Made by a program: the position numbers and the translations under genes
Shown here: in pieces, positions 46,021 to 57,214 of the stretch
Layout: every line of letters begins with the position of its first letter
How positions within the stretch are numbered: position 1 is the first letter of the stretch
From: Limnochordia bacterium
GTDB taxonomy: Bacteria > Bacillota > Limnochordia > DTU080
Direction: 5' to 3'
DNA: 64,000 nt
Assembly: GCA_050951545.1 (NCBI GenBank)
Contig: JBMNJG010000002.1
Span: 128,001 to 192,000 of the forward strand
The notes under the pieces: model-generated
The model's database searches: none
What the model saw: only the letters and a program-made list of their open reading frames with translations
Told to the model about the DNA's origin: nothing

Positions 46021-47826
46021 TCACTCCGGGGCGACATCGTTCGACGAAGCGGCGCTGTGGTCTCCGCTGTACCACAGGTTCTGTATCTCCTGGGAGCACT
46101 CCAGCAACTCGGCGAGCGTTCCCTGCGCTTCCACTCGGCCATCCTTGAGCACGATGATCTGGTCAGCACGTCGCAGGGCTGCCTTACGGTGTGAGACCAC
46201 AAGGCATGTCGTGTCGCGTTTCTCGAATACCCGATCCCATAGTGTCTGTTCGGTCTCGACATCTAGCGCACTGGATAGATCGTCGAAGACCAGCAGGTCC
46301 GGATCGCGCACAAACATGCGAGCCGCGGCCGTACGTTGCATCTGGCCTCCAGAGAGCTTGACCCCCTTGGGGCCAACTCGCGTCGCCAACCCCTCTTCGA
46401 GCTGCGCTAGGTCATCCTCTAGTACTGCCAAACGCAACGCTGACGTGATGGAGCAATCATCTGCCGGCAAACCCATCAGTATGTTGTCACGAAGAGTGTC
46501 GCTAAACAGCCGGGGAACTTGCGCAGTGTAGGCTGCTCGCGGCGCCACGAGAAACGTACCAGGATCCTCCACGACGGCTTGGTTCCAGCTAATCTCTCCC
46601 TTGCCCCGGGGCAACAGACCTAAGAGAACGCGTAGCAGTGTAGTCTTGCCCGAGCCGTTCCTACCCGTCACCACAGTGAACGAGCCGCGCCTAAGGGTAA
46701 ACGATACGCCCCAAACGCCATTGCTCGTGCCCGGATACACGTAGGTAAGGTTGTTGGCCGTTAGCTCCTCAAGCCGGCCCGTGTTTTCCTGTTTCTCATA
46801 GTGCACGTCAGGCAACGTACCGTCCAAGTAGATGGGAGTGAAATCCACCAGTTCTTGGGGCCGAGCTCCTTCCATCAGACGCACCATACGTTCCACTGAG
46901 ACACCTATCTGCTTGTATCTGGCCACGAGCAGCCCCGAGAAAGTGGTCAGTTCACTGATGTAGTCGAGATAGAAGACGAATAGCGCAAGGTCACCGACCG
47001 AGAAGGCGTCCTGTTGCATAGCCCTGCCAGCCAGGACCAAGATCACCCCAGTACCTACACTAATCGCGTTACGAAAGATCGAGCTCAGGACCTCGTTGAA
47101 GAGGCGATCGCGTACCGCCACTTTTCGCCGGGCATCGTTTAGCTGCCGAAACTGGGCAAGGACGTTCTCTTCCGCCGTACCGACCTTTACCGCCTGCGCG
47201 GCACCGAACAGCTCAGCGATGAACCCAGTGACGACCCCGGTCGCCCGTCGGCTCTCCCGTCGATAGAGTTCGACGCGATTGGAGGCTAGGTTAGCAACCA
47301 CCCCTACTAGGATAAACGGTACGATCGCAACTGCAGTGATAGCAGCGTTAATCCGACACATGACTATCACGGCAACCGCAGCGAACCAAATCAGGCCTTG
47401 TAGGTCGTTCAGCCACAGTGCAAACAGGGGGATCTCGAAGACATCTCCGCGGAAGCGGCTAGTCGCCTCGCCTGGGGAGTCTGGCAGGGCGCACGCACCA
47501 GGCCTGCGTAGAATCTGCCTGAGGAGGTTACGCCGGAGCAAGGTCATCGTGTGTACGAAGAAGGGCACGTTGGTTCGCACCAGCCCAAGCACACCGGACA
47601 GCTGAACCACTTCCCCCATAAGCAGGATAGCGGCAAGCGTCCAGACATTTGGACCCGCCGAGGCCCCGCCAGATAGCAGATTAAGGAACTCCCGCGTGGC
47701 TAGACCCGGTATCTGGCATGCGAGCATCAGGACTAGCATAGAGCCCAGATTCTGCAACCATAGCCAGGGTCTAAAGCAGACCATCGCCCAGATCACCTGC
47801 CAGGCTTTCAACGGCATCTCTCTCAT
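46021..47826 (-). CDS. ABC exporter (TMD-NBD), subunit 2 of heterodimer
   Basis: TM domain, [27 protein letters not shown] (catalytic Glu replaced by Asp). Confidence 0.9.
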   Translation of the reverse strand: MREMPLKAWQVIWAMVCFRPWLWLQNLGSMLVLMLACQIPGLATREFLNLLSGGASAGPNVWTLAAILLMGEVVQLSGVLGLVRTNVPFFVHTMTLLRRNLLRQILRRPGACALPDSPGEATSRFRGDVFEIPLFALWLNDLQGLIWFAAVAVIVMCRINAAITAVAIVPFILVGVVANLASNRVELYRRESRRATGVVTGFIAELFGAAQAVKVGTAEENVLAQFRQLNDARRKVAVRDRLFNEVLSSIFRNAISVGTGVILVLAGRAMQQDAFSVGDLALFVFYLDYISELTTFSGLLVARYKQIGVSVERMVRLMEGARPQELVDFTPIYLDGTLPDVHYEKQENTGRLEELTANNLTYVYPGTSNGVWGVSFTLRRGSFTVVTGRNGSGKTTLLRVLLGLLPRGKGEISWNQAVVEDPGTFLVAPRAAYTAQVPRLFSDTLRDNILMGLPADDCSITSALRLAVLEDDLAQLEEGLATRVGPKGVKLSGGQMQRTAAARMFVRDPDLLVFDDLSSALDVETEQTLWDRVFEKRDTTCLVVSHRKAALRRADQIIVLKDGRVEAQGTLAELLECSQEIQNLWYSGDHSAASSNDVAPE

Positions 47827-49568
47827 GCCAGCAACTCCTCCAGTCCTGTCTGATGTAGGCCGTGGAAACGGGAAGTTGGTTCGTCTAGCAAGCGTCGGCG
47901 TTCACCATATTCGGCTATTCGGCCACCATCTAGGATAAGGATGTCGTCAGACCGATGAACAGTACCTAGGCGGTGGGCAATAATGATCGCGGTCCGTCCT
48001 CTGAGCAGCCGGTCAATGGCGGTCTCCACTAGATGCTCCGTAGCAGGATCTAGCCGCGAGGACGCCTCATCAAGGACCACTAGGCCCGGGTCACGCAAGA
48101 ACACTCTTGTCAGCGCCAGCAACTGTGCCTCTCCTGCTGACAGGCTTCGCCCACCACTTCGGAGGCGGGTATCCAATCCATCGGGTAACTGCTGGAGCCA
48201 GTCAGATAGCCCAAGCTCACCCATGACTTCCAGGATGCGCTCATCTGATACGGTTCGGTCAAACAGCGTGATATTATCCCGTACGCTTGCCTGGAAGAGC
48301 TGGACATCCTGGGTCACGTAGGCAACACGCTGCCTGAGCTCTCGTAGCCGGGCTTGTTTCACATCGTTTCCGTTGACATACACACTCCCGGATACTGGAT
48401 CGTAGAGTCGGAAGATCAGCCGGGCGACGGTGGTTTTGCCTCCACCGGTACGCCCCAGTAGCCCCAATACCTTGCCCGCCTCAAGGCGAAAGGAGATGCC
48501 GTGCAGCACTCCCTTGTTCTCCGTATAGGCGAAAGACACGTCGCGAAACTCAAGACCCAGGGCTCCTTCTGAGAAGCCCACACCAGGCCCATCAGTGATA
48601 GTGCTCTGCTGCTCAAGTAGCTCCGACATACGTTGCACGGTAGCCCCAATGGTCTGCAAGCTCTCCATCTGCTGCGTAAGCTGCTGAATGGGCCTGGAGA
48701 TGAGATTCACGTAGTGCAACACGACGTAGACCGTCCCCAAGCTGATCCGACCATTTCTACTCAGGAAGAAGCTCAGAACCATGGCGAACCCGAAACCGGC
48801 CTTCATGAGCAGGCCGGAGGTGGTCCAGATACCCATCTGCATCAAGCTGGCCTTTCTCCAGCGCTGCAGTATTACCGTCTGTAGCTCATAGAGCTTCCGG
48901 ATGACGTAATCCACGGCTCCGCAGGAGCGGATGTCCTCGGTACCAGCCAGTCTCTCTTCGAGGAAAGCGAACAGATCGGTTTCCGCCTCCCTGCGTGCCT
49001 TCTGGTGTGGAACAGCGATACCCCGGACCAGTGCCAAGCCTACCAGTGTTACCATGGAGTAGGCAGCAAACGCGATTCCTAGGGGCCAATCCAGGAAGGT
49101 CAGGGCCAGCAAAACACCGACGAGTAGCAGCACATTTCCGACTATCCGCAAGACCAGCTGCGAGAAAAAGGTGGAGAACTCCAGCACATCGGTCTCGATC
49201 CGTTCGATGAACTCTCCTGGACTCTTCTCTGTGTGAAAGCTCATGTCAAGGGCAAGGCAATGCCTGGCCAAATCCTCGCGCAAGGCGTTTGTGGCGTGCC
49301 ACGCGACGGATTCGCCCATGTACGTCGCCCCTACCCCCAGAACCTGATGAAGGAGGGCCATACCAAGAAACAGCCCAGCTGCCCAGCCAAGCGTCTGTGT
49401 GGCATCGCCAGAGGTAGCTGCGTCGATGAAGTAGCGCATGACCTGTGGGTTGACCACCTGCAGACCGATGCTGCCAAGCATCAAGACAGCAAGACCTGCA
49501 AAACGCCATCGCTGATCGCTGAGGTACTTGGCTAGAACGTTGTAGTACTGCCTGATTGACACGTTCAT
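47823..49568 (-). CDS. ABC exporter (TMD-NBD), subunit 1 of heterodimer
   Basis: TM domain, [18 protein letters not shown] (degenerate signature), [10 protein letters not shown]; ATGA overlap with partner. Confidence 0.9.
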   Translation of the reverse strand: MNVSIRQYYNVLAKYLSDQRWRFAGLAVLMLGSIGLQVVNPQVMRYFIDAATSGDATQTLGWAAGLFLGMALLHQVLGVGATYMGESVAWHATNALREDLARHCLALDMSFHTEKSPGEFIERIETDVLEFSTFFSQLVLRIVGNVLLLVGVLLALTFLDWPLGIAFAAYSMVTLVGLALVRGIAVPHQKARREAETDLFAFLEERLAGTEDIRSCGAVDYVIRKLYELQTVILQRWRKASLMQMGIWTTSGLLMKAGFGFAMVLSFFLSRNGRISLGTVYVVLHYVNLISRPIQQLTQQMESLQTIGATVQRMSELLEQQSTITDGPGVGFSEGALGLEFRDVSFAYTENKGVLHGISFRLEAGKVLGLLGRTGGGKTTVARLIFRLYDPVSGSVYVNGNDVKQARLRELRQRVAYVTQDVQLFQASVRDNITLFDRTVSDERILEVMGELGLSDWLQQLPDGLDTRLRSGGRSLSAGEAQLLALTRVFLRDPGLVVLDEASSRLDPATEHLVETAIDRLLRGRTAIIIAHRLGTVHRSDDILILDGGRIAEYGERRRLLDEPTSRFHGLHQTGLEELLA

Positions 49569-49640
49569 TAGGCCATCATCTTCCTTGGGATAATGTTGCC
49601 TGGGAGGTCAGTGGGGTCGGGGAGTTGCGGCGGACAACGC

Positions 49641-49680
49641 AAAAAAGCTGCAACCGGATAGATGGTGTCCGATATGCAGC
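49641..49680 (-). terminator. Leader (attenuator) terminator upstream of ABC exporter
   Basis: Minus strand GCTGCATATCGGACACCATCTATCCGGTTGCAGC-TTTTTT, about 70 nt before the start codon. Confidence 0.75.
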
Positions 49681-49843
49681 CGTCGGATGTGTCGATAGCG
49701 TCAGCCCTGGCAGACGGTCGCATCAGGTGCCTAAGCATGTCTCATCAGGCGGACTAACATCGGGCACTGGCATTCCCAGACCAGACCTCTTCAGCACGTG
49801 GAGAAGCTACGGGAGACACTCCCTATCGCTAATGCTGAGGCAC

Positions 49844-49873
49844 CTAGCCAGCAACCACCAGAACCCTGATCAT
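49844..49873 (-). CDS. Leader peptide MIRVLVVAG (uORF)
   Basis: AAGGAGGG RBS 6 nt upstream of ATG, just after promoter. Confidence 0.65.
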   Translation of the reverse strand: MIRVLVVAG

Positions 49874-49901
49874 GTCAGTCCCTCCTTGAAGCAACAAGCG
49901 A

Positions 49902-49931
49902 ATATTAGCACGCTTGGCCCCTGGGTGTCAA
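49902..49931 (-). promoter_or_regulatory. Sigma-A promoter of ABC exporter leader
   Basis: TTGACA-N18-TAATAT with TG extended -10. Confidence 0.7.
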
Positions 49932-50269
49932 TATTCCTTTACCTATTGGATCATGTCAACCTACTGCAGCATTCGGTGACGGGATATCCTCACCCTTGGT
50001 TTCCACCTAGAACGCGTTTGCCAGCGGTCTTCCTAAGCCTTCGGGCGTCATACCTACATGACAGCAAGAGTGCCAGGCCTTTCAGAGATTATTGGGGGGC
50101 AAGCCCTGCCGTTCCGGTGTCACAAGCATCGCGTGCCGCGATCGGCGCGTACTGTGACTTGGCCAGTTTTACATAACCTAAGGCTGTTGGATAGGAAGGA
50201 TTTGCCATACTCTGAATGGAACGCACCCATATGCGTGATGTAACGGGTAGGGGGTCGGACGGAGCATTG

Positions 50270-53032
50270 ATGGGATCGAACCAACATCCCGAACAGAGGG
50301 CTCGAGACCGAATCGACCACCTCCTCACTGAGGCTGGTTGGCAGCTGCAGTCGAGGGATTCTGTAAACGTCTACTCTTCCCTCGGCGTCGCTGTGCGTGA
50401 GCTACATACGACCGAGGGCCCAGCTGATTACGTCCTGTTCGTCGACAGTCAGCCTGTTGGCGTGATTGAAGCTAAGAAGGAAGAGGAGGGGTTTCGGCTC
50501 ACTGTCCACGAGGATCAAACCGAGGGTTACAGAACCAGCACAATTAAGCTACTTGACCACAGCAAGCCTCTTCGGTTTGGCTATGAGTCCACGGGTGAGC
50601 TCACGCGCTTCACCGATTACCATGATCCGAAGCCAAGATCACGCCCCGTCTTTGCTTTCCACAGGCCAGAGACCTTGCGTCGCTGGATAAGCGAGCCGAA
50701 GACACTCCGTGCCCGTCTACACGATCTTCCTACGTTGGATCCGGAGGGGCTTCGCAAGTGTCAGTTCAGGGGGATCAACAACCTGGACGTGTCCTTCCGC
50801 GACGCCAAGCCCCGGGCGCTGATTCAGATGGCCACAGGGGCGGGAAAGACGTATACGGCTATCACCTTTATCTACCGGCTGCTGAAGTTCGCCAAGGCCC
50901 GCCGGGTCTTGTTTCTGGTTGACACACTAAACCTTGGTGAGCAGGCTGAACAGGCATTCATGGCCTATGAACCCAAAGATGATAACCGCATGTTTACCGA
51001 CCTCTACAAGGTGCAGAGGCTAACTTCTCGCTACATCGCTCCTGACTCTAACGTCTGCATATCGACGATTCAACGGATGTACTCCATTCTCAAGGGCGAG
51101 GAGCTTGATCCCGCAGATGAAGAGACGCATCCAGCGGAACGAGTGCTGCCAGCAGGACCGTTGCCGGTGGTATACAACGACACTGTTCCACCAGAGCACT
51201 TCGACTTCATCGTCATAGATGAGTGCCATCGCTCCATCTATAACGTATGGCAACAGGTCCTTGAGTACTTCGATGCTTTTCAGATCGGGCTTACTGCTAC
51301 CCCAGACAAGCGGACGTTTGCCTACTTTCACGAGAACGTGGTGAGTGAGTATCCATACGAGCAATCAGTCGCCGACGGAGTGAACGTAGGTTATGATATC
51401 TACCGCATCGAAACTCGCATCACTCAGAGCGGCGGTGTCATCAAAAGCGATGGAGGTTTCGTGGTTGTCAGAGACAAACTGACCCGCCGCCAGGGATGGC
51501 AAGAGCCCGACGAGGATATTACCTACACTGGCAAGCAGCTGGATCGGGATGTTGTTAACCCCAGCCAGATTCGTACCATCATCCGAACGTTCAAAGAACG
51601 CCTCCCTGAGCTGTTCCCCGGTCGCAAGGAGGCGCCGAAAACACTTATCTTCGCCAAGGACGATTCTCATGCTGACGACATCGTTCAGATTGTCCGGGAG
51701 GAATTCGGCGAGGGCAATGCGTTCTGCAAGAAGATCACTTACCGGGCGGACGACCCCAAGGGCAACCTGATCGAACTGCGCAACAACTACAACCCCAGGA
51801 TTGCTGTCACTGTGGACATGATTGCTACAGGGACTGACGTCAAGCCCCTGGAGTGCCTCATCTTTATGCGGGATGTCCGCAGTCGTAGCTACTTCGAGCA
51901 GATGAAAGGGCGAGGCTGTCGTACCATAGACCCTGACGACCTGAAAAAGGTGTCCCCTTCAGCCGCTCTCGGGAAGTCGCATTTCATTGTGGTCGATGCT
52001 GTCGGCGTTACCACGTCACTTAAGACTGACTCTCGTCCCCTTGAGAGAAAGCCTCGTGTCCCGTTCAAGGACCTGGTGGATGCCATAGCCCTAGGTAGGA
52101 TCGATGAAGATACCTTCGTCTCTGTCGCAGGTCGGCTGGCCAAGCTTAACATGCAGATTACTCCGAAGCAGCGGAAGGAATACGTTGAGCTCAGCGGGGG
52201 GAAGTCGATCGAGGATCTTACGAGTGGTCTTCTGAAGGCCCACGACCCAGACACCATAGAACAGGTGGCACGAGAAAGGTTCAATCTGGGGCCTAACGTG
52301 GAGCCGACCGAAGAGCAGAGAGATGAGGCTCAGAGGGAGCTTGCTAGAGAGGTCGCGAAGACGCTGACGCCTCAGGTCCGGCAGTTTCTTGAGTCAGCTC
52401 GGAAAGCCGTTGAGCAGATTATAGATAACAGAAACATAGACGAGGTTACCGACGAGGGATGGGACAAGGAGTCGGTGGTCAACGCTGAGCAGGTGATAGC
52501 CGATTTCCGCGCCTACCTAGAGCAGCACAAGGATGAGATCACTGCCCTGCGGATCTTCTATGATCAGCCCTACAGACTTCGAGAGCTTACCCTTGACATG
52601 GTCAAAGAGGTGCTTGACCGCCTCAAGGCCGACCAGCCCGCCCTTGCTCCAGTACGCATCTGGAATGCCTACACGCAACTTGAAGAGAACGTTCCCACCT
52701 GTCCAAAGAACGAGCTCGTGGCTCTTGTCTCGCTACTGCGGCGCATCGTCGGGCTTGACCAAAAGCTCACGAGCTTTGAAGCAGTCGCTCGCCAGCGCTT
52801 CCAGGACTGGGTGTTCACTCGACACCATGGCGACGCTCCGAAGTTCACCGAGGAGCAGATGCACTGGTTACATATGGTTCGCGATCACATCGTCACGAGC
52901 TTCCACATCACCGCCGATGACTTGGAGCTAGCCCCCTTCAATGGGCAGGGCGGCCTAGGCAGGTTCTACCAGCTGTTTGGAGGAGAGTACGAGGAGATCC
53001 TTGAAGAGCTTAACGAGGTGTTGGTGGCGTGA
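50270..53032 (+). CDS. hsdR: Type I restriction endonuclease subunit R (EcoEI-like C-terminus)
   Basis: PADYVL...VIEAKK nuclease motif, MATGAGKT, IDECHRS, GLTATP, FEQMKGRG, FTEEQMHWL. Confidence 0.93.
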   Translation: MGSNQHPEQRARDRIDHLLTEAGWQLQSRDSVNVYSSLGVAVRELHTTEGPADYVLFVDSQPVGVIEAKKEEEGFRLTVHEDQTEGYRTSTIKLLDHSKPLRFGYESTGELTRFTDYHDPKPRSRPVFAFHRPETLRRWISEPKTLRARLHDLPTLDPEGLRKCQFRGINNLDVSFRDAKPRALIQMATGAGKTYTAITFIYRLLKFAKARRVLFLVDTLNLGEQAEQAFMAYEPKDDNRMFTDLYKVQRLTSRYIAPDSNVCISTIQRMYSILKGEELDPADEETHPAERVLPAGPLPVVYNDTVPPEHFDFIVIDECHRSIYNVWQQVLEYFDAFQIGLTATPDKRTFAYFHENVVSEYPYEQSVADGVNVGYDIYRIETRITQSGGVIKSDGGFVVVRDKLTRRQGWQEPDEDITYTGKQLDRDVVNPSQIRTIIRTFKERLPELFPGRKEAPKTLIFAKDDSHADDIVQIVREEFGEGNAFCKKITYRADDPKGNLIELRNNYNPRIAVTVDMIATGTDVKPLECLIFMRDVRSRSYFEQMKGRGCRTIDPDDLKKVSPSAALGKSHFIVVDAVGVTTSLKTDSRPLERKPRVPFKDLVDAIALGRIDEDTFVSVAGRLAKLNMQITPKQRKEYVELSGGKSIEDLTSGLLKAHDPDTIEQVARERFNLGPNVEPTEEQRDEAQRELAREVAKTLTPQVRQFLESARKAVEQIIDNRNIDEVTDEGWDKESVVNAEQVIADFRAYLEQHKDEITALRIFYDQPYRLRELTLDMVKEVLDRLKADQPALAPVRIWNAYTQLEENVPTCPKNELVALVSLLRRIVGLDQKLTSFEAVARQRFQDWVFTRHHGDAPKFTEEQMHWLHMVRDHIVTSFHITADDLELAPFNGQGGLGRFYQLFGGEYEEILEELNEVLVA

Positions 53033-54673
53033 CGGCGTTCACGAGAGCTCAATGCTTCCACAGATCGTGGAGGAGAACCGGATAACGCGTTTGCTGGCGC
53101 AACACCATCGAGCTATGGTCCCGAGACGGGGCTTGAGCTTGGTAGGATCGGCAGCGGACCTTCGGTCGCCAGACGCGCTTTCCCGCGTTCAAGGTGCTCC
53201 AGTTTCTTGGCCAACCCGTCAGCAGGCGCATGCCTCTTGTACGGATACGGGATGTTCTGCAGGGCAGAACTGCGACTTTCTATTCAGGGGAATATGACGA
53301 GACATACATCGTTCACCGCGGGGATCTTCTCGTCGGTATGGACGGCGATTTCCACTGCGCTTACTGGCAAGGACCTCCAGCTCTGCTAAACCAACGCGTC
53401 TGCAAGGTGACAGTGGATGAACTCCTCTATGATAAGCGTTTCTTGAGGTATGTGCTTCCGGGATACCTCAATGCCATCAATGACCATACTTCAGCTGTCA
53501 CAGTCAAGCACTTATCATCCCGCACGATGGCCAGCATTCCCCTTCCCGTGCCCCCCCTCGTCGAGCAACGCGCCATCGTGGCCAAGATCGAGGAGCTGTT
53601 CAGCGAGCTGGACAAGGGCATCGAGCAACTCCAAACTGTTAAGCAGCAGCTAAACCAGTATCGTCAGGCGGTTCTAAAGGCTGCTTTTGAAGGGAAGCTC
53701 ACCGCAGAATGGCGGGCTGAGCAGCAGGCGGCAGGTAACCTACCCGATGCTGATGAGCTCCTTGAGCAGATCAAGAAGGAGCGGGAAGAGAGGTACCAGC
53801 AACAACTGCAGGAGTGGAAGCAGGCAGTTGTGGAGTGGGAGGAAGCTGGGGGTAGGGAGTCAGGGCGGAAGAAGCCGAGGAGAGCCTGCGGCCCCCGAGT
53901 TAATCTCACTGTTGACCGAAGAGGAAATGGCCGACCTGGCCGAACTTCCACAGAGCTGGGTTTGGTGTCGACCGTCGGATATCTGTGCGCCTGACGATTA
54001 CTCGCTGGGCATCGGACCGTTCGGTAGCAACCTAAAGGTCTCTGACTATACGGATTCAGGTGTGCCCCTTATCTTTGTCCGCAATATAACGGGCAGATCT
54101 TTTGCCGAGTTCCAGCATTTTGTATCGTACAGTAAGGCAGAAATGCTGGTACCTCACTCGGTGTATCCGCTTGATCTGCTCATCACAAAGATGGGAGATC
54201 CGCCTGGAGACGTAGCGATCTACCCGGAAGGATGTCCGCCTGCCATTTTGACCGCCGACTGCGTCAAGTTTAGGGTGTGGAATGAGTTTGTGCTAAGGGA
54301 CTTCGTGGCCCTATCGGTGGAATCGCAGCTAGTCAGAAGGCAGCTCGGACTTATCACTAAAGGCGTGGCCCAAAAGAAGATCAGCCTGGGTAGGTTCAAG
54401 TCAGTCTGCTTTCCGTTACCGTGCAAGTCGGAGCAGCAACAGATTGTTGCTCAGCTCAGTTCCCGTTTCTCCGTTCTCGACGAGCTGGACAAAGCCGTAG
54501 ACCACGGGTTAGAGCAAGCCGAAGCACTGCGCCAAAGCATTCTCAAGAAGGCTTTCGAGGGTCGCCTACTCACCGAGGCTGAGCTCGCTGCTGTTCGTAA
54601 TGATCCGGAATATGAGTCGGCTGACAAGCTGCTCGAGCGTATACGGGCTCAAGCCGGGAAAACAACACGCTAG
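53029..54673 (+). pseudogene. hsdS: Type I R-M specificity subunit, garbled 5' end and +1 frameshift near 53880
   Basis: PVPPLVEQRAIVAKIEELF and LPQSWVW...PLPCKSEQQQIV...LRQSILKKAFEG halves in different frames; GTGA overlap with hsdR stop. Confidence 0.8.
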
Positions 54674-54736
54674 CGAACCCACCAAAGGGCATAGAGCCCC
54701 CACAGAGAGGCGTTACTAGACTGTGAGTGAAGCACA

Positions 54737-56215
54737 ATGACACCTACAAGCACACTTGTGAACAGGGTCTGGAGCTACTGCCACGTCCTCCGAGATGCTG
54801 GTCTGAGTTACGGGGATTACCTGGAGCAGCTCACCTATCTCATTTTCCTTAAAATGGCACATGAGTATTCCCGGCCCCCCTACAACCGAGACCTCGGTGT
54901 CCCCGAAGGTTATGACTGGTCGAGTCTGACCAGCAAGACTGGTGCAGAGCTTGATCGCCACTACGTCAGTCTCCTCCGCACCCTCGGTCAGGAGAAAGGC
55001 TTGCTTGGGCAGATCTTTATCAAGGCCCAGAACCGCATTCAAGAGCCTGCTCACCTGGCAAGCCTGATCCACATGATTGATCAGGAAGAGTGGCTGATCA
55101 TGGAGGCAGACGTCAAGGGTGACATATACGAGGGGTTGCTGGAGCGAAATGCCCAGGACACAAAGAGCGGCGCAGGTCAGTACTTTACTCCTCGTCCTCT
55201 GATCAAGGCCATGGTCGAGTGCGTTCGGCCCGAGCCCGGGAAAACCATCTGTGACCCAGCCTGCGGGACGGGTGGTTTCTTCCTAGCTGCCTATGATTTC
55301 ATGACCAAGAATCACCAACTTAATCGTGACCAAAAGCTAGCACTCAAGACAAGTACGTTTTATGGTAACGAGATCGTCCCTGCCACTCGTCGTTTGTGCT
55401 TGATGAACATGTACCTGCACAACATCGGCGAGATAGGAGGGGAGGTGACTGTGTCCTCAGCGGATTCACTGGCAACTGACCCAGGAGTGCGCTATGACTA
55501 CGTCCTGACCAATCCTCCTTTCGGGAAGAAGAGCTCAATCACCGTAACCACCGAGGACGGTAGGCAGGAGAAGCAGACGTTTACCTACAACCGGCAAGAC
55601 TTCTGGGCCACTACGAGCAACAAGCAACTCAACTTCGTTCAGCATATCCATACCATCCTAAAGACCACTGGTCAGGCGGCTGTCGTAGTACCGGATAACG
55701 TACTATTCGAAGGCGGGGCTGGTGAGACGGTACGGAAGAAGCTACTTGAGACTACCAATCTTCACACCATCCTCCGGTTGCCTACTGGCATCTTCTATGC
55801 TCAAGGCGTGAAGGCGAATGTGATTTTCTTTGATAGCAAGCCTGCGGCCAAGCAGCCCTGGACCAAGGAGATCTGGTATTACGATCTACGGACGAACTGT
55901 CACTTCACCCTGAAGGAGAAGCCCCTAACGTTTGAGGACTTAGTGGACTTTGTTGAGTGCTACAAACCTGCCGAAAGGCACAAGCGGAAGCAGACTTGGA
56001 GCGAGGAGAACCCCGAAGGGCGTTGGCGGAGATTCACCTACGAGGAGATCGTTGCTCGTGACAAGACGAGTCTTGATATCATCTGGCTTAAGGATGAGTC
56101 ACTCAGCGACCTGGATAACCTACCCGAACCGGAGGTACTCGCTGCGGATATCATAGCGAATCTCCAGGCCGCGCTGATCAGTTTCGAGGAGATTGCTAAC
56201 GGGCTCGAGGACTGA
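54737..56215 (+). CDS. hsdM: Type I R-M N6-adenine methyltransferase
   Basis: GQYFTPR, DPACGTGGF, TNPPFG, VVVPDNVLFEGG. Confidence 0.95.
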   Translation: MTPTSTLVNRVWSYCHVLRDAGLSYGDYLEQLTYLIFLKMAHEYSRPPYNRDLGVPEGYDWSSLTSKTGAELDRHYVSLLRTLGQEKGLLGQIFIKAQNRIQEPAHLASLIHMIDQEEWLIMEADVKGDIYEGLLERNAQDTKSGAGQYFTPRPLIKAMVECVRPEPGKTICDPACGTGGFFLAAYDFMTKNHQLNRDQKLALKTSTFYGNEIVPATRRLCLMNMYLHNIGEIGGEVTVSSADSLATDPGVRYDYVLTNPPFGKKSSITVTTEDGRQEKQTFTYNRQDFWATTSNKQLNFVQHIHTILKTTGQAAVVVPDNVLFEGGAGETVRKKLLETTNLHTILRLPTGIFYAQGVKANVIFFDSKPAAKQPWTKEIWYYDLRTNCHFTLKEKPLTFEDLVDFVECYKPAERHKRKQTWSEENPEGRWRRFTYEEIVARDKTSLDIIWLKDESLSDLDNLPEPEVLAADIIANLQAALISFEEIANGLED

Positions 56216-56597
56216 CATTCCGCACAGGCCTGGACTACGTCACGGAAGGTACTGGGGGTAAGCGATGGCTGATCCGTGGCGCTCTCGTCGACAACAGGCC
56301 CTTCGCTACGGAGTCACTGAGTGGGCGAATCCCACAGAGCCCTTATGTTACTCTCTGGGGATCCTGTGGGGTCTGGAGGCGAGTTAGAGGGTTGGAGTGC
56401 TCCTGGTGGACAGCGAGTGTCATCTTCCCGATCACAGCGTTGCTTCGCTTTGCCGCAAACGATAGCGAAGAACGCGACAGTAGATCTGCAACTCATTGCC
56501 TTGGTTAGCCCGACGAAATGAGGTGGAGAGCACGGATACAGAGAGACAGTTCTAGTCATCAAGGGACACGGACATCCTCCTTGACGTAACCAGACGA

Positions 56598-56924
56598 TTG
56601 ATGGAGCGCGTAGACCGTTTGGAGGCACTGGTGAGAGCAGAGAACATTACTATCACGGATTTCAGTGGCCAGGTGGTAGTAACCGCCGACACGGTATCGG
56701 TTGAGGGAGATGTCGACTCCATCGATGCTCAAGACGGGTCCGTGACCATCGAAGGTTGCACGGGAGATATTACCATTGAGGACAGTGCAGGCGTAACCGT
56801 GGAGGGTGATGCAGAGAACGTAACTCTCGAGGGGCATGGGGACATCACCATTGAGGGAGATGTCGACGAAGTATCGGGTACAAGTATCACCATTGAGGGT
56901 GACGTAGACGAAGTCAACGGCTAG
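56598..56924 (+). CDS. Small acidic repeat protein (ITIEGDVD repeats), possible beta-solenoid or gene remnant
   Basis: Repeated (I/V)T(I/V/L)EG units; DNA repeat at 56844-56872 and 56886-56914; no clear RBS. Confidence 0.5.
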   Translation: MMERVDRLEALVRAENITITDFSGQVVVTADTVSVEGDVDSIDAQDGSVTIEGCTGDITIEDSAGVTVEGDAENVTLEGHGDITIEGDVDEVSGTSITIEGDVDEVNG

Positions 56925-57214
56925 ACCTCCCGGTACGACTAACAGAGGCCCGTCCTTAGGATGCTCCCGCATGTGTTGGAGCCTCGCCTAAGTCCCTGCT
57001 CCAACAATCCGGTGTCTGCTAGGCGACTGGCTGGAATGTCACCGACGGTGTACGATACGGTGAACACCTGCCGAAGCCGCCTCTGCTTCCGCGCGTGGTT
57101 GGCCACCGACACGCGTACTCCCCAATGATTGGGAGGAGCGCCACCAAGCCTGCGTAACACAACAGAGTCCACGCAGAAAAACTGCCGTAATCTCCCTGCG
57201 TTCGCTTGGGTTGG

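Noticed and set aside
49556-50176. 206-aa plus-strand ORF
   Set aside because: Antisense to the leader/promoter elements, no RBS, non-protein-like composition
56265-56387. 40-aa ORF (MADPWRSRRQ...) with GGGGG RBS after hsdM
   Set aside because: No recognisable family or motif; cannot be distinguished from a chance ORF
56553-56555. Pyrrolysine or amber readthrough upstream of the acidic repeat protein
   Set aside because: Single instance, weak RBS, no pyl genes, and TAG is an ordinary stop for many genes here
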